From: Raillietiella orientalis
Taxonomy: Eukaryota
Length of the DNA stretch: 33,034 nt
NCBI GenBank assembly: GCA_036172245.1
Contig: JAYWIR010000196.1
Location: forward strand, 1-33,034
Direction: 5' to 3'
The position numbers and the translations under genes were made by a program. The notes below the pieces were generated by a model. It was not told the origin of the DNA. It searched no databases and saw nothing but the letters and a program-made list of their open reading frames with translations. This document shows, one piece after another, positions 9,681 through 21,993 of this stretch (position 1 is its first letter; the number at the start of each line of letters is the position of its first letter).

Positions 9681-11509
9681 AGGAGGACCACCCGCTTTCA
9701 GGCTTCTCGTAAATTGCGCTATTTCCCGTCGGAAGGTCTCACGTCCCCTTATATCCTGAAGAGACGCGCCGGCTGTGGTTCCTTGTGCGTTCCTCTCAAA
9801 GGGGGGTTTCTCATCCGACGCTGTGATTACGATTTTAAGGTGCATCTGCTGTATTTAAACGCACTTCTCAACCAAGAAAAGCTGCATTAGAAACGACGAG
9901 AAACCTTCTACGTTGCTGTCTTTGCGATCACGAAACCATGCACTAGGTCAGAAATGAAAACACAGATCAGCAGAGAGATCGAAACCATCTCGTGGAGACT
10001 TAAAAGGGAGGGCACGAATCCCAATGCACTTCATGCCCAATCACTTATTTAATTGTTCATGCTTTTGAATCTACGAATGCTCCAGACAATTTCTTCAGAT
10101 GACCTGCGAGCCTCAAAGTCCTCAACCTTTTTTGTGCCCCTTTTTTTAAATGCGGGTGATTACAAGAATCTGTGCTTCTTTTCCTTCGTGCGTCATGTTT
10201 CTTGTAAATGAGGACTCTGTCGTGGCCCATCAAGAACTTTTCTCAAAGCCATCGCTCCGACACTGACCTATAAAAGCTGAGCGACATCTAGATGTGCTCT
10301 TTGAACATGATGTGGCTTTTGCCACTCTCTTGTCAGATGTCCCTCTTGATGGTCATCCCGCAAAACCGGACGTTTCTAAAAAAACAAAAAAAACAGTGAT
10401 CAGCACGTCCTTTCAGGAATAGAGCAAACACGCAAAGGTTTGTAGCCAGAAGCGGAGACAGCTCCTTCAGAGGTCCTAAGTCGATATCACTTTGCAGTTC
10501 AACTGTTACTGCTGGGACTTCCGGAGTTCCACCTGGACCTGCTGTCGGCTTCCTTGAGCTAACATCCAGCTGTCCTCGCAGCACGGACGTCGGAGCGGAT
10601 GTTGCACCCGGAGGCTCAGATGCGCGAAGGAGAGTTTGGCGCTCACGAATCAGCAGGAAACACAAGCATAAGTTTGTTCCGACATTTTACATTTTGTTTT
10701 CTGCCACGCCAATGTCATTAAAGCAGTCCTGACGGAGACCTTTGGCTATTCAGTTGTCCAGTTGACAGCAGAGTTGCGCGTGTTTATGCTGCATCGGCAA
10801 TGAAACGAAGCAATTAATAAGAATGTGGGAATGGTGCTCCTGTGGGATAATCGATTGCAATTCCTCGCATTCGCAATAAAAAAAAGCATGAAAGGAGAGC
10901 AGGAGACGTGCACGCTGGAAATGACGTTACCCATGGCTACACCAGGTTCCGTACGCGTTTTATCCCCCTGTTCTTTCTCCCCTCTCAGGAGAACAGCCTG
11001 AGCTGCATAAGGATCGGCTGCCCAAGTTTCTACGTGACCCTTGTAACGGACGCCATGTGTGCAGAGCTGAAGGCACTTTAGGCTCTGAATCCGTGCTGCG
11101 CGTTCTTCTACCAAGCAGGAGTTGCCCATCATTTCAACATCTGCTGCAAGAAAGCAGGATTCACCCTAGAATTTTTGTCTCTGAGCTGAAACTTTGGAAA
11201 TTTTAGTCCATGTTTTGTGCTGTTAGTTCTGTTAAGCATGGAAGCCAACACAGAGCTGAAGAGTGGAATTGACGTTAGTCTTCAATGCAGCATGAAAAGA
11301 CAAGAGATTCAGGACTTCCTCGTATTGAAGAATTTTCACTTATTTGTGGATTTTCAAGCTTCCACTCGCAGCGAAGTGAGTTTTCGAAAACCACTGAATT
11401 CAAGATAACTGTAAAGGGATTTAAAGAAAAAGGTCGATTAAAAGCAATCCTCTGAACGCAGAACGCCATTGCTGCTCTGAGCATCATCTACGAAAGACGT
11501 TCCGAAAAA

Positions 11510-11870
11510 TGATGACAGTTTGTAAGTTTAGTGATACACGATCAAAGTTTCTTATTTGTACACCATCTGAAAGTGCCCCTTTGATCGCCCGTTGTGTGAC
11601 ACTTCGACACTCTTTTCATCATCTTCACTGTCCATCAATTCTTCACTGTGCTGCTTCAGGGAATCTCATGAGCGTCGCTTGTTCCGTACGAAACGTTCCA
11701 TTTTTCCTCAGCTGTTTGAGGATCATTTTCCTCATGTGCTCGCGCATATGCATCTCCGAATTGAAAAATAATCTTACACATGAAATGGCAATCGCTCTCC
11801 CAGATCTTCCTTCCATATATTTTCCCCGCATTGCTTTCATCAGACGTTGAGGGAACATGGACAACTTGCG
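11510..11870 (-). pseudogene. Repeat-derived coding remnant similar to 15545-15769 (possible KDZ C-terminus)
   Basis: YMEGRSGRAIAISCVRLFF aligns with FIHEEMSRRASAKVAAKVFF (ORF 15545..15769). Confidence 0.3.
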
Positions 11871-11879
11871 AACATCGAA

Positions 11880-12450
11880 GTTAGCCAAGAAACAGCGCAA
11901 AGGGCTCTTGTTTGGTAGGTGTGGAAACTTTGATCCTCTACAGGTGAGCCCACACGGTGTTTACTCCCAAGTCCACAGCGCGGAGCACAAACATGCCACC
12001 ACCCACTGGCCGCCGAACACTCCCCTTATATTGCTACGGCAATCTCTCTCTGCCCTGAGAGACATCGGACGGGTCACCGTCCTCATGGATGGAACAAAAA
12101 AATGCGGATCTCCCTCGCGGAGAAGGTTTCTAGGTCGAGGACACGCAACACTGCGTGCAACAAGGTTCTACCTGTGGCTTCGGCTTCTCATGAACCATCC
12201 AAAAGACGCATATCGCATCATAGAAACCATCATGGAAACAAACAACTCCCTATCTTGAGGGATCATCGCTAAGCATTGCTGATGGCAATTCCACAGAGGA
12301 AATTCGACGGCGCATACAAATCTGAGGAAAGAGTAGCATTAGAAGAGTGTTTCTCGGCATTTCCTACCGTCTCATGGCTCCTCTCGGAGCTGCTCTTGAA
12401 GATTCATGTCCATGTCGGCACCTCCGCCGTCGCTCCCGTTTTTTCTTTTT
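11880..12450 (+). mobile_element. Highly degenerate LINE RT N-terminal subdomains
   Basis: ORF 11857..12258 has HWPPNT (cf. NWRPIT), KKCGSPSR (cf. QxCxVPGR) and LLMNHPKDAY (cf. LDxxKAYD) in the expected order and spacing. Confidence 0.45.
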
Positions 12451-12619
12451 GCACCTTTAATGACGACGAACATTCTGCGCTCTGGCGAGAGAAACCTGAA
12501 CTCTCCCGAACGGAGTTCGTTCCGTCCTTGCGTGCGGGTGGCAGCTCGCAAGAGATGACAAACGGTCCACCATGAATGTCCTCATTGACCTTTGAGCGGC
12601 GTGTTGGTTCGCACCTCGA

Positions 12620-13570
12620 GGAATGCCAACCTTCAACCTTGCAGAAATAAATCTGAAAGGAAGGCCGATGTGGCGGTAGGCAGCATCCGAAACGCGCGAG
12701 TCGTGTACCGGAATCGTTGGAAGGATATCCAACCTCATCCGACTCGGAGGAACGACCTGCTTCTTCTTTCGATTCTCAGAAGCGCGGCCATTCGCGTCTG
12801 CAGCCCAGGAGCCGGCACGACTCGTGCTTGAAGTGCAGCGCCATCGAGCGTTTGCTCTTTCGGATACTTCCGCGGCAGAAACACCTGCGCGGAGGTTTCT
12901 CCGTGTCCAATCCACGGCAAAGCGAGCACATTGCTGAGTGCCTCCTCGATCTCCGTTGCCACTTCCACTTCTGAGGCGGCAGATGCGAATTCGGTGCAAG
13001 CAAGTCGCAGCCGTCTGACCTCTTGTCCAGCATAGAGCTCCGTTTCTTACCCTGAAGAGTGCCCGACGTGGTCGCGGTGCGGACGCCGTCCTCCCTGTCA
13101 TCCGGAAGAGCCCTGAAACTTCCCATCGCGACTACAATATCTGTCCAGAAAAACAGTGGTGACGAAGATGTCGCTGCTGTGTTCTGCTGCACCAGGGAGG
13201 AAGAATCTTTCGGGGGCAGAACCGTGCGTGTGCTGCCACGCGCAGAAGCGAGGAAAACAAACCAGCCGGTGATATCGTCAGCACGAAGGAACGATCTCCG
13301 TCAGGTTGGTCGTGTTGCCGTGTACGCCTCCAAAGGCCGGGAATCCATTGGCAGCGGCTGCATGCTTTGCCAGTGCCCAAGCGCTGTTGGGGTCGCAGGG
13401 TGCGGTGATGCTTGTGGAGATGACACGTCAAGCACGCGCTGCGGAAAGCACGCAGCACGTCGGAAAAGACAAGGAAGGAAGGCTCGCTGTGGCGAGATGG
13501 GATGCAATGAGGGATCGTTGCTCGGAGTTGATGGCGCGGAAGAAAGAACTGCCGATCGTTCTCATCTTTA
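12620..13570 (+). mobile_element. Degenerate LINE ORF2 APE endonuclease domain plus linker
   Basis: Across frameshifts: TFN, KADVAV..ETR (cf. D-x-x-x-LQET), AADAN (cf. GDFN), SRLQY (cf. SRLDY), TNQPV (cf. SDHxPV), then RWDAMRDRC as the linker W motif. Confidence 0.5.
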
Positions 13571-14044
13571 AGGCTTTCCATCATTTTTCTGCATCTAAGA
13601 ATACGGTAAAAAGTGTCATACGTCTTTGGTATCTAACAGTAACAGAAAACCGGAAATCGAATACCTTCATCTCCATCAAACGGCTTTGGACCTACATCCG
13701 TTGCAATGGTGTCTTCGCTGGAGAGCATGCATGTAACTCTGCTTAGATTTTTTGGTGCTCCGAAAAAACTGAGTTTTTCAGCAAACTTTCGGCACTGAGT
13801 CTAACTCCAACGCCTTTCATCTCACGTCCACGAGGCACCGAGGTGATTCGAGGCTTTGGGGTGCTGCTGTTCTAGCAGTCTCCCTGTCCACAGCCGTCGT
13901 GTGCTTCGAGTGCAGCCACAGAAAGTCGCGAGGATGGGAAACAGAAGAGCGGCAAGCGGCGAATGAGAAAGCAGTGCCTCAGGTCAAAAAAGAGAAGGGA
14001 TTTCACTTTCTGGTACTACAATGGAAGTATGATGACAAAGTCCC

Positions 14045-14960
14045 TTAAAGTTCTTTTGTGATTGCTGTTTCCCTTCCGGGTTTTTTCCTTTCTTTCGTAG
14101 TTCCCAAGTGCTGAAGAACCGTTCGCCTTCTTGTTGAGAGGTTCACGGAGCTCTTCAACTCTGACCACGGTGCGAGGAACTCCTCAAGGCTAGAGGATAA
14201 CACCGCAGGGTACACCTTATGGATCCAGGAAGACCCCTGGAAAAGGGATCCGTTCCTCCTACTCTTGGAAGGGAATCCTCGCCCAAGCTGTCTCTGAGGA
14301 GAGCCCCGAAGGTTGTCTCTTCCTTGTTCTTTCTGAGGCACCCCTCGGATAGGATACGCTTTACATTTCCCGCGCTGAAGAGAACCCCTGAGAAACGCTT
14401 CTTAATTTCCCTGAGGGGCCGATTCCTAAAGAAAGCTGCACGATTCTTGTACTCTGGAGAGGTGTCAGTCCACAACCTCACTGTGCGCGATGGGAGGTCT
14501 CCCTCCCTGAGGGGAGGGCAGGCTCTGTTAGCACAACTGAAGGGCAAGAGCCTTGGAGTGAGAGGGATTCTTGATTTCTTAAAGAATGCTGGAGGGAGGA
14601 CTTCCAATCCCGGGTGGTCAGCGGGAACGACCAGATCCCGGCATCAACCAGTGTCGCATCTGAACCTCCATACCAACTGGCGTCGTCCTGCAGGGGGAAC
14701 TCCAAGCTAACAGCGCATCCCCATTTCTCGGCCTTGACCCTTTGTTTTCACGCGGTCATGCCGGGGTGTTAGCGATGAGGTCACCCTTCGACTGACCTCT
14801 TTCGGCGCGGACTCTCGCCGCCACGGTTTAAAGAAGGCAGCACGGAGTTGCAAGGGGGTAAGCTGCAGACGACGTCGGATCGCGCGCGACAAGGCACTAC
14901 AAGACCTTTCTGCCGTTGGGAGCAGAAGGACTTCAGTAAAGCGTTCTAAGGCATTCAGAT
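14045..14960 (-). mobile_element. Second copy of the second LINE-like family
   Basis: Homologous to 5520-6120 (see that entry); multiple stops and frameshifts. Confidence 0.6.
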
Positions 14961-15000
14961 CAACGCAATCCAACGCAAAGCTTTCTTGCAAAGCTTTCTT

Positions 15001-15057
15001 TTCTTTTCATGGTTGGATCGGACGACGTCATCAGAGAACATCTGCTGCAGCCGGAAG
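15001..15057 (+). repeat. 57-bp direct repeat, copy 1 (partner 17996-18052)
   Basis: ttcttttcatggttggatcggacgacgt(c/t)atcagagaacatctgctgcagccggaag, 56/57 identical. Confidence 0.95.
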
Positions 15058-15320
15058 GGGAAGCTTTCTTGTTCCCCGCACCTGACACAGTCTGGGGCCG
15101 CACTCTTGTCCAGCAGTGGACTCGCAGGCTGCATAGGATCGTCCAGTACAAACACTGCAATGCCGAGTCCTGACGCTCCAGTGGAAGAGTAGAGATGTCC
15201 ACAAACACTCGGGAAATTTCCCCTATCTTCAAGAATTACGCGAACCGTCGGATGGCGTGGAACTCTGCTTAAGAGATGTGTGAGCCGACAGGCGCGGACG
15301 GCTCTTGAGTACTTACAGGA
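15058..15320 (-). mobile_element. LINE fragment (copy A-like zinc-finger region)
   Basis: DISTLPLERQDSALQCLYW and PDCVRCGEQESF match INTFTLPFKWQESAFLLQHW and PNCVRCGERESL of copy A. Confidence 0.75.
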
Positions 15321-15499
15321 CCAAAAAAAAGAAACCCTCCCCTTCTCAAAATAGAAGCTGAAAGGAAAACAGCGGAGACAGAAAAAAGACCCCAAAAGGA
15401 TTTTCATGAAGTTCACATGAACTTCATCTGTCATACGAAATCTTATGATCCATTGGCACTCAAGGATGATGTGGTTCGATGCCAGACTTAGAGAAATTT

Positions 15500-18400
15500 G
15501 ATGATGACCCGAACTATGGAGCACGCAGCTTGCGGTTGCGTCAATCATTCCATTTCTTTAACTTCGTCCGAGAAAAAAAAAACAGCGTCTTTGCTGGAAG
15601 AATTTCCTTCCATCCTATCATTCCTCTCCTCTGATCCACGAAAGAATACCTTCGCAGCAACCTTTGCCGATGCTCGTCGTGACATCTCTTCATGAATGAA
15701 TTGATGCAAATGAGCTTCGTGAAGAGTGTTGCTCTTCTTTCTTAGGAAGAGCAACATTTTTTGAATCATTCCCAGATTTTCCCAAGAAACGATGGGAATG
15801 ATTCAAAACGTGTCGACAAGCGTGAGAGACTGCCAATCATATTGAATTCTGGAGGTGAGGAGCACATTGAATTGGGAAAGTGGCACGTTACCTATCGTGT
15901 AGGAACCTCTGCGGTTCCCTCTAAAAATGCACAAGATAAGAGGGAAAGAAAAATACATTTCCAACAGATGAATGGATAAGTACGGAACGACCTTTGTTCA
16001 CGTGCTGTGAGGTTAACAGGGTGTGTTCCTTGGAAAAATTACCATACACTAATGAGAAAAGAATCAAAGATTCGAAGCTACTTCTCAGACCAACAGAAAT
16101 ATTCCAATGCGATGCAGCAGCTTTGCAAATTCCACATATCTGCCCTACAGATCTCTTCGAAGCCGAGCAGAGAATTAAATTTTTTAATAAGAAGCATCGA
16201 ATGATCGGCAATTCTCCCAAAGATATCCGCTAAACGGGAAACATCCCTGACGTCATCCATGTCGGTAGCATCAAAGACACACATGTGCAGACGTCATTTC
16301 TTCGTTCGCACGTCACTCCCGGACAGAATGATGGACTCGACGTTTTCTTGGGCACAGCAAACTCCATCCATCCCGCAGCAAGCGACAAAAGTGCACACTT
16401 TGACACGCAACACCTGAAGCGGAAGTTCTTTGGCTCAAAGCAGCCCGAGTCGGAAAACTCCAACAAATTTTGCTCAGAACCTCTACAGCCTAAGAGTTGC
16501 GTGGTGAGATGCTGCGTCAGTGTTGACCATCCCCCGCATTCCTCAGCCACAAGAAGTGCTGGGATGAAGGGATGATGCGAGAACTGGGAACTCATAGCAT
16601 GCACAGAAGGAAAAGGATCCCTTGCAGTGTTCCCAGTGACACGGAGTTGGACATGATCCTCTTACAGCGTTGCAATCTCCTTGGGCGTGCGCACCTGAAA
16701 TCGTACAGAGGAAAACCGGGAAGACACGCATAAATAAAACAACAAATCGGGACTGAGGTCCCCACGATCAACGGACTGCATGTTCGAAGTCGGGAAAAGC
16801 AAGGGATTTGAGGCGAAACTGAGTTATGAGAGATTCTTGATCGCCAGGAAGGAGTCACGAGCATTGTGATGAGTGGAGACGCACGATGGACCACGCATTG
16901 CTTGCCTTCGGTGCATACATACGAACACTACAGGGCGCCTCTGCTCAGGGGAAAAGAAAAGTTTGCTTTCATTGCAGTTCTTCTTGCGGTCAGCATATAA
17001 TATGGAGGTTTCGTAAGGTTGGCGAGCGCTGCTCACGCTGAAACGCTCCTTCCATTCTATGAAGGCTGCACATTAACCACCTTCGAATGGGAGGTGGCAA
17101 CATTCTCCTGCTTGCCACAAGGAGAAACACCGTCATTGCACCTTGCCCTTTGTCCGGATGGAATGTCATCACACCCTTCATTACAATCTTCATCGGCACA
17201 GACGTCGAACGGAAATGCTGTGACCACCCTGATACATAACCAAAATGACGGCTTTTCATTTCACTAGTGGATCGCATCGTTGAGGTGTCAGCGGATTCAC
17301 TTGAAATCCTTCTGCGTGGATGTGACCCAAGTGAGCAGGCATAGCTGACGAAACACACAGTGTATCGACGACAGCAGGAAAATTCCGGTGTTTGGTACAC
17401 TGCACTTACGGCGTCCAGAGGTGCTAAACGGGTTGCGCGTCCAATGCACTAACAACGCTCCCTGCGAGTGTGGAAGAGATGTACTGCAGAACTGAGGTGA
17501 AAGGTTCAACCTCACCATAGCAATCCGCTGGAGAGCAACATCTGGAACTGAATCTAAAAAGCACCGCCGTTTGCGGATTCATTTGGATACCTCCAATGGA
17601 AAGCTGCTGCTTCATTCTTCAGCACTGACTTCTGCAGTTGCACTTTGCTTTGGGTGGGGCAGTGAATGATGTGCTGCATCTCACGCGAGATTCGCGCTCG
17701 AAAAGCGTACTTCAACGCTACTGGAGACTCAGAAACGGAAATTTGACCTTGGAGTAAAACTGCTGTGGCTCTGATTCTGAAAAACCCTGTGGCTGTGTTA
17801 TCTCAGCGATCACGGTGGGATGTGGACGGGGCATTATCAAACTTTGATGCTCTAGAACCGTCCAATGTCTCGAGGTTTTAAATGGATGGCTGAATGCTAC
17901 TGATATGTTTGATTGGTCCACCTGCGGAACAAGCCTCTGAGTGGAATGCTAAATAGCAGACAGCCTGCAATTGCAATGAAAAAGAGAGTTCTTTATTCTT
18001 TTCATGGTTGGATCGGACGACGTTATCAGAGAACATCTGCTGCAGCCGGAAGCAGATCTGGTCAACAGGAGTGCTCAAATGCTGAAAGTGTGCAACATCG
18101 TGCTGACCTAAGAATTTATGGACCCTTTTTCTTTAAACGTGGATTCTGCCAGAAGATGCAGAAATCTTCAAGTTTCAAGAGGGGCTCCTGGGTGGAAGTG
18201 GGAAATAGGTGGCCTCGACGCGATGGGAGTTTGATCCAAAAGGTATCTTAGGGAGTGTAGAGCATGCTGTGGAGACAAAGAATCCTACTGTGAGCTTCCG
18301 GGTTTGTTTCCTGATTGCCATCAAGCTCTCCAGGAAGCGGATTCTGCAGCCAGTGATTCTTTGCCTTTGCATCAAAGCCAACAAGTGTGGATTGACCCTG

Positions 18401-20450
18401 GTCAGGGCTGCTCCAAGCATGCACCAGGGTGATACTTTTACTTTGATTTCATGTATCGCTCTGTGTCTGCACATGGCCCACTCTTTTAGGTTGTTTATAT
18501 CCACTCTGAATGTTGTAGAAAGACTTCCAGCCGCTCCCATGTTTGAGAAGCAATCTTTCCTGGCATTTGATTTGTGCACGCCCTCGCAAATGCCTTTCAC
18601 TGGAGGAATAATAGGAATTCAGAATAAAATCCCAATGAAAATGCGGAAACGGACACTGGAAAACACGCAGAGCTGACGCATACAAACATAGAAATAGGCG
18701 TGTACAAAGAACGTATGCATGTGCAGAACAGGAATTCGCATGGACGACGGTAGTCATCAAGAAGGGTCATTGCAGACACGAGGAAGCCCACACGGAAGAT
18801 GTGCAGCTCCATCAGGTGGTTGCACTGCTGTCATGATGAAAGAGATATGGGAGGCGTTCTCAGAAAAGCGACTTTTGCTGCTCGAATAATGACTTTTGGT
18901 TTCGGTGGGTTCGATTCCTCTCTGAAGTATTGCCGTGGTGCTCTAAAGAAAGTTTGGGCACATGTCACTCTCTCCATTCGCTTTTTTAACCACCACACAT
19001 TCATAAAGCCACAAGATGTTTCTTCTCTTGAAGTAAATGTGTAATGTTCTCCAGGCATGTGCTTTCTCCGCAAATGAGCGTCCCTTATCAGTGGTCGCTA
19101 TGGGATGGTCCACATCTGGGCGCTCCTCCAAGATTGTTACAGCAGCAGTGAGTTGCGTATCTTCTTGATCATTAGACACCACACAACGTTGAGTTGATGG
19201 TAGAGAGACACATGCAAGGCCTGTGCTAAAGATGGTTACAACTCATCTCCATGATGGGGGATTCCTGAACTTAATTCTTGTCGAACGCTCGCCGATGATC
19301 AACAAACTCCTCGCATCCCTGAAAAGAGACTGCCTACTCTACCATAAGATATATCGAAAGTAATTCGACAGCAACTCTTGAAGAACGTGTTTGTGCCAAG
19401 TCAATGAGAAGAGCAAAAAGTCAGTGCATGATGAGGGTCGACCAGCGAGACTTTCTCGACCCGACGCAATATACCACCATCATGAGCATTCGGATTTCGC
19501 ATTCGAATGAACACACAGAGATATCAGCCCTCGAAATTGCAGGGCACCATTGGGGCACGTCAAATAGCGTCCAGAAATGTACGAAGGCGACCCCCAAAAG
19601 CTGAAACCGAGGGTTTCCTTGCCCAAAGAGAAGAAGGGCTGCTGAGAAAAACTGCTGAATTGAGAAACTCGCAATTATCGCTCACATCGATTACATCCGA
19701 TTTAAGTATGAGCTATTCCTATTCTCTGCCTCTGCCCATAAACAGCGGTCTTCATCCACATGGAATTCCTGTGCACTGAAACTAGTTCTGAATTCCATGC
19801 ATGCAGGATTTCCCAATTCCATCAAGACTTCGATGTTAAGAGAAAGCGGTCCGACATGTGGAGAAGAATTTGATCGAAACTCGCGCATAGCAACTCCAGA
19901 GATGAATGCGGCCAAATGCGGTGATGCCTCCAGGTGCTGCATGCACTTGCAGAACGTGGCAACCGAACCCGGAGTTCCCATTGGTATCATCAGGTGCGGA
20001 AAGATGACAAAACGGTGCACCTTCTCCATTTCAGCTCATCTCGGGACAACCTTCTCCCAATAACCTTCGAGTTTCATCTGTGCTCCACCTGAGGACATTC
20101 TGCTTCCATTCGAAGATCCTTCTCGGACATCCTTTCCGAGTGTTCCAGAAGATCGCCCCTTGCATCTACCCATCTCGGTCAACCAGGTAGCTGCAAAATT
20201 TTCCTCAGGTAAATATGGATCCCAGCCTTCTGCTTTTATGCGGTCAGAACGAGTAACCTACGAGCTATAGAGAGAGACTCGAAAGAAAAGCAAAGCGCAA
20301 TAGATAACAGTTGATGACGAGGACATGAAGTGAGTGATTTTGGACTTCGCTGCAGTTCAACACAGCGGCAAGGGCACGAATTCATAGCCCTCAAAGATCA
20401 ATGAACTGAACGGAAAGTCCTTAGAAAACAGAAAAAGAATGAGGTGAACC
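15500..20450 (-). mobile_element. Cluster of degenerate intron-containing KDZ/Zisupton-like transposase remnants
   Basis: Minus-strand exon-like pieces in order: TFCKCMQH…H (SWIM-like), LTCPNG, TGIFLLSSIHCV…QKDF, FPFDVCADEDC; then a second core VFVCMH…NARDSF, PGFPLYDFRC, IKKFNSLL. These resemble the KDZ CxHG, ES..D, YDxxC and EQxNS motifs. Many stops. Confidence 0.45.
17996..18052 (+). repeat. 57-bp direct repeat, copy 2 (likely donor, inside a minus-strand exon-like segment)
   Basis: See 15001-15057. Confidence 0.95.
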
Positions 20451-21993
20451 TTTCATGTGGTCATTTGACATATACTCATAGCCAGACCAGGACGAAGTCA
20501 CATCTTTGGGTGGGTGTGAACCTGAATGGAGGACTGCGCTACTTTTCCAGGAGTTTCAATCAGAATGGCGGGATCGGCATTCACGTGTGCGAATCATAGC
20601 AACTCCCTCCAGCGGCTACCATGCAAAAGAAGGTGGACGCAGGTGAAAGAAACGCTGCAAATCGAGCTTGGTGGATAAGCAGGAAGCGTGCTGTGCGCAA
20701 AACAGGGTGCATCGCTTTCAGAAAGGGATCTGTGGTCTCGGGCTGATGGTATCTTTTGTGCACTGCCAGTGAAAGTAATGAGGAAATGGACTCAGTCAGC
20801 TTCATCTTCGGAAACTATCCGAAAACATCGCCTGCTTTGCAGGAGGTCTCCGCACCGACACTCTTCAGTGATTTGTGCAGAAACGGCAGGAATGCTTCCC
20901 GTCCTCAAGAAAAGTTCTGTTCCGGAAGGACCACGCTTGACGGAGCGCTTGCAAGGTCACTCTTCAAATCAGGGCACCGATGCAGGGAAATGCCACACCC
21001 TGCTGAACGCCGTGTCGCCGTTCGTCGCACGACGGCTGATGCTTTCCTCTTTCGCGCGTACCAGCAGAGCAGTCCTCCGGGTGGCGCTGCAGACGACGCG
21101 ATTCCCGAAGACGCTTTCGCTCATCTGAGAGGAGTGTTGCAGATTCGGAAACAAGTTGAACTGCAAGTTCGGATGGAGGCAACTTGTCCCGTGCTGGGAG
21201 CCGAAGTCATTCGTGTAGCGAAACTTTCAAGGTCGGGGTGGCACCTCTGGGCAGATTGTTGGGCCGTTACTCATGGGGCTTCGCAGGATGCTTCCTTTGA
21301 TACCGAAAACTCGAGCCCTCTTCTCCAGAATCCTCATCCATATGTTTTTTCAGGAAGAGCTAAGCAAACACCAGCAGATTGGAGATGGAGCTCATCCTGG
21401 GACTCCTCTTGGCCCATGCTGGCTACTTTTTCGGAGAAGCTGCGAGGTACAGCTCTGTGCTTCATTTTTGCTGAAAAGTCTGTGTCATACTTCTTGGAAA
21501 AGGTTCTTTAGGTGTGCGATTGTTTCTTGTGATTGGAAGCCAAACTGCATGCATTTCTGTTTCCTTTATAGTAGGAGAAAATTTCCGGAAACAGAAGAGT
21601 GTCAAGTGATTTCTATGCTTGGCTTGAAGATCGTTCTCTGCAGAGAAAACACATTTTGGGAACTAACTGCCTTAGTTTCCTCCTCACTTTATCAGGTCTT
21701 CTCATCTTTCAAGGCCCACCAAGAAGTCGGAGTTACTGCGCGCTGTCAATGAACAAGTATAATTTGACTGCAGATGTCCATGCACGTGCGAGGAAGCAAG
21801 AAGACGAGCCAAGGAGTACGAAATGCCCGTCTTCAGTAATGGCACGGTGAGTTGTTTCAGCAGTGCGTTCGAGCACAGGCAAAGATGCAGCTCCCGGGCT
21901 GCATGTCCTTGCAACAGCAGAGTTGGCTTCCAAGCTGTATCCATCTTGGAGGCAGCTTGGAAATATCCATCTGGGAGCCTCATAACCATCGCC

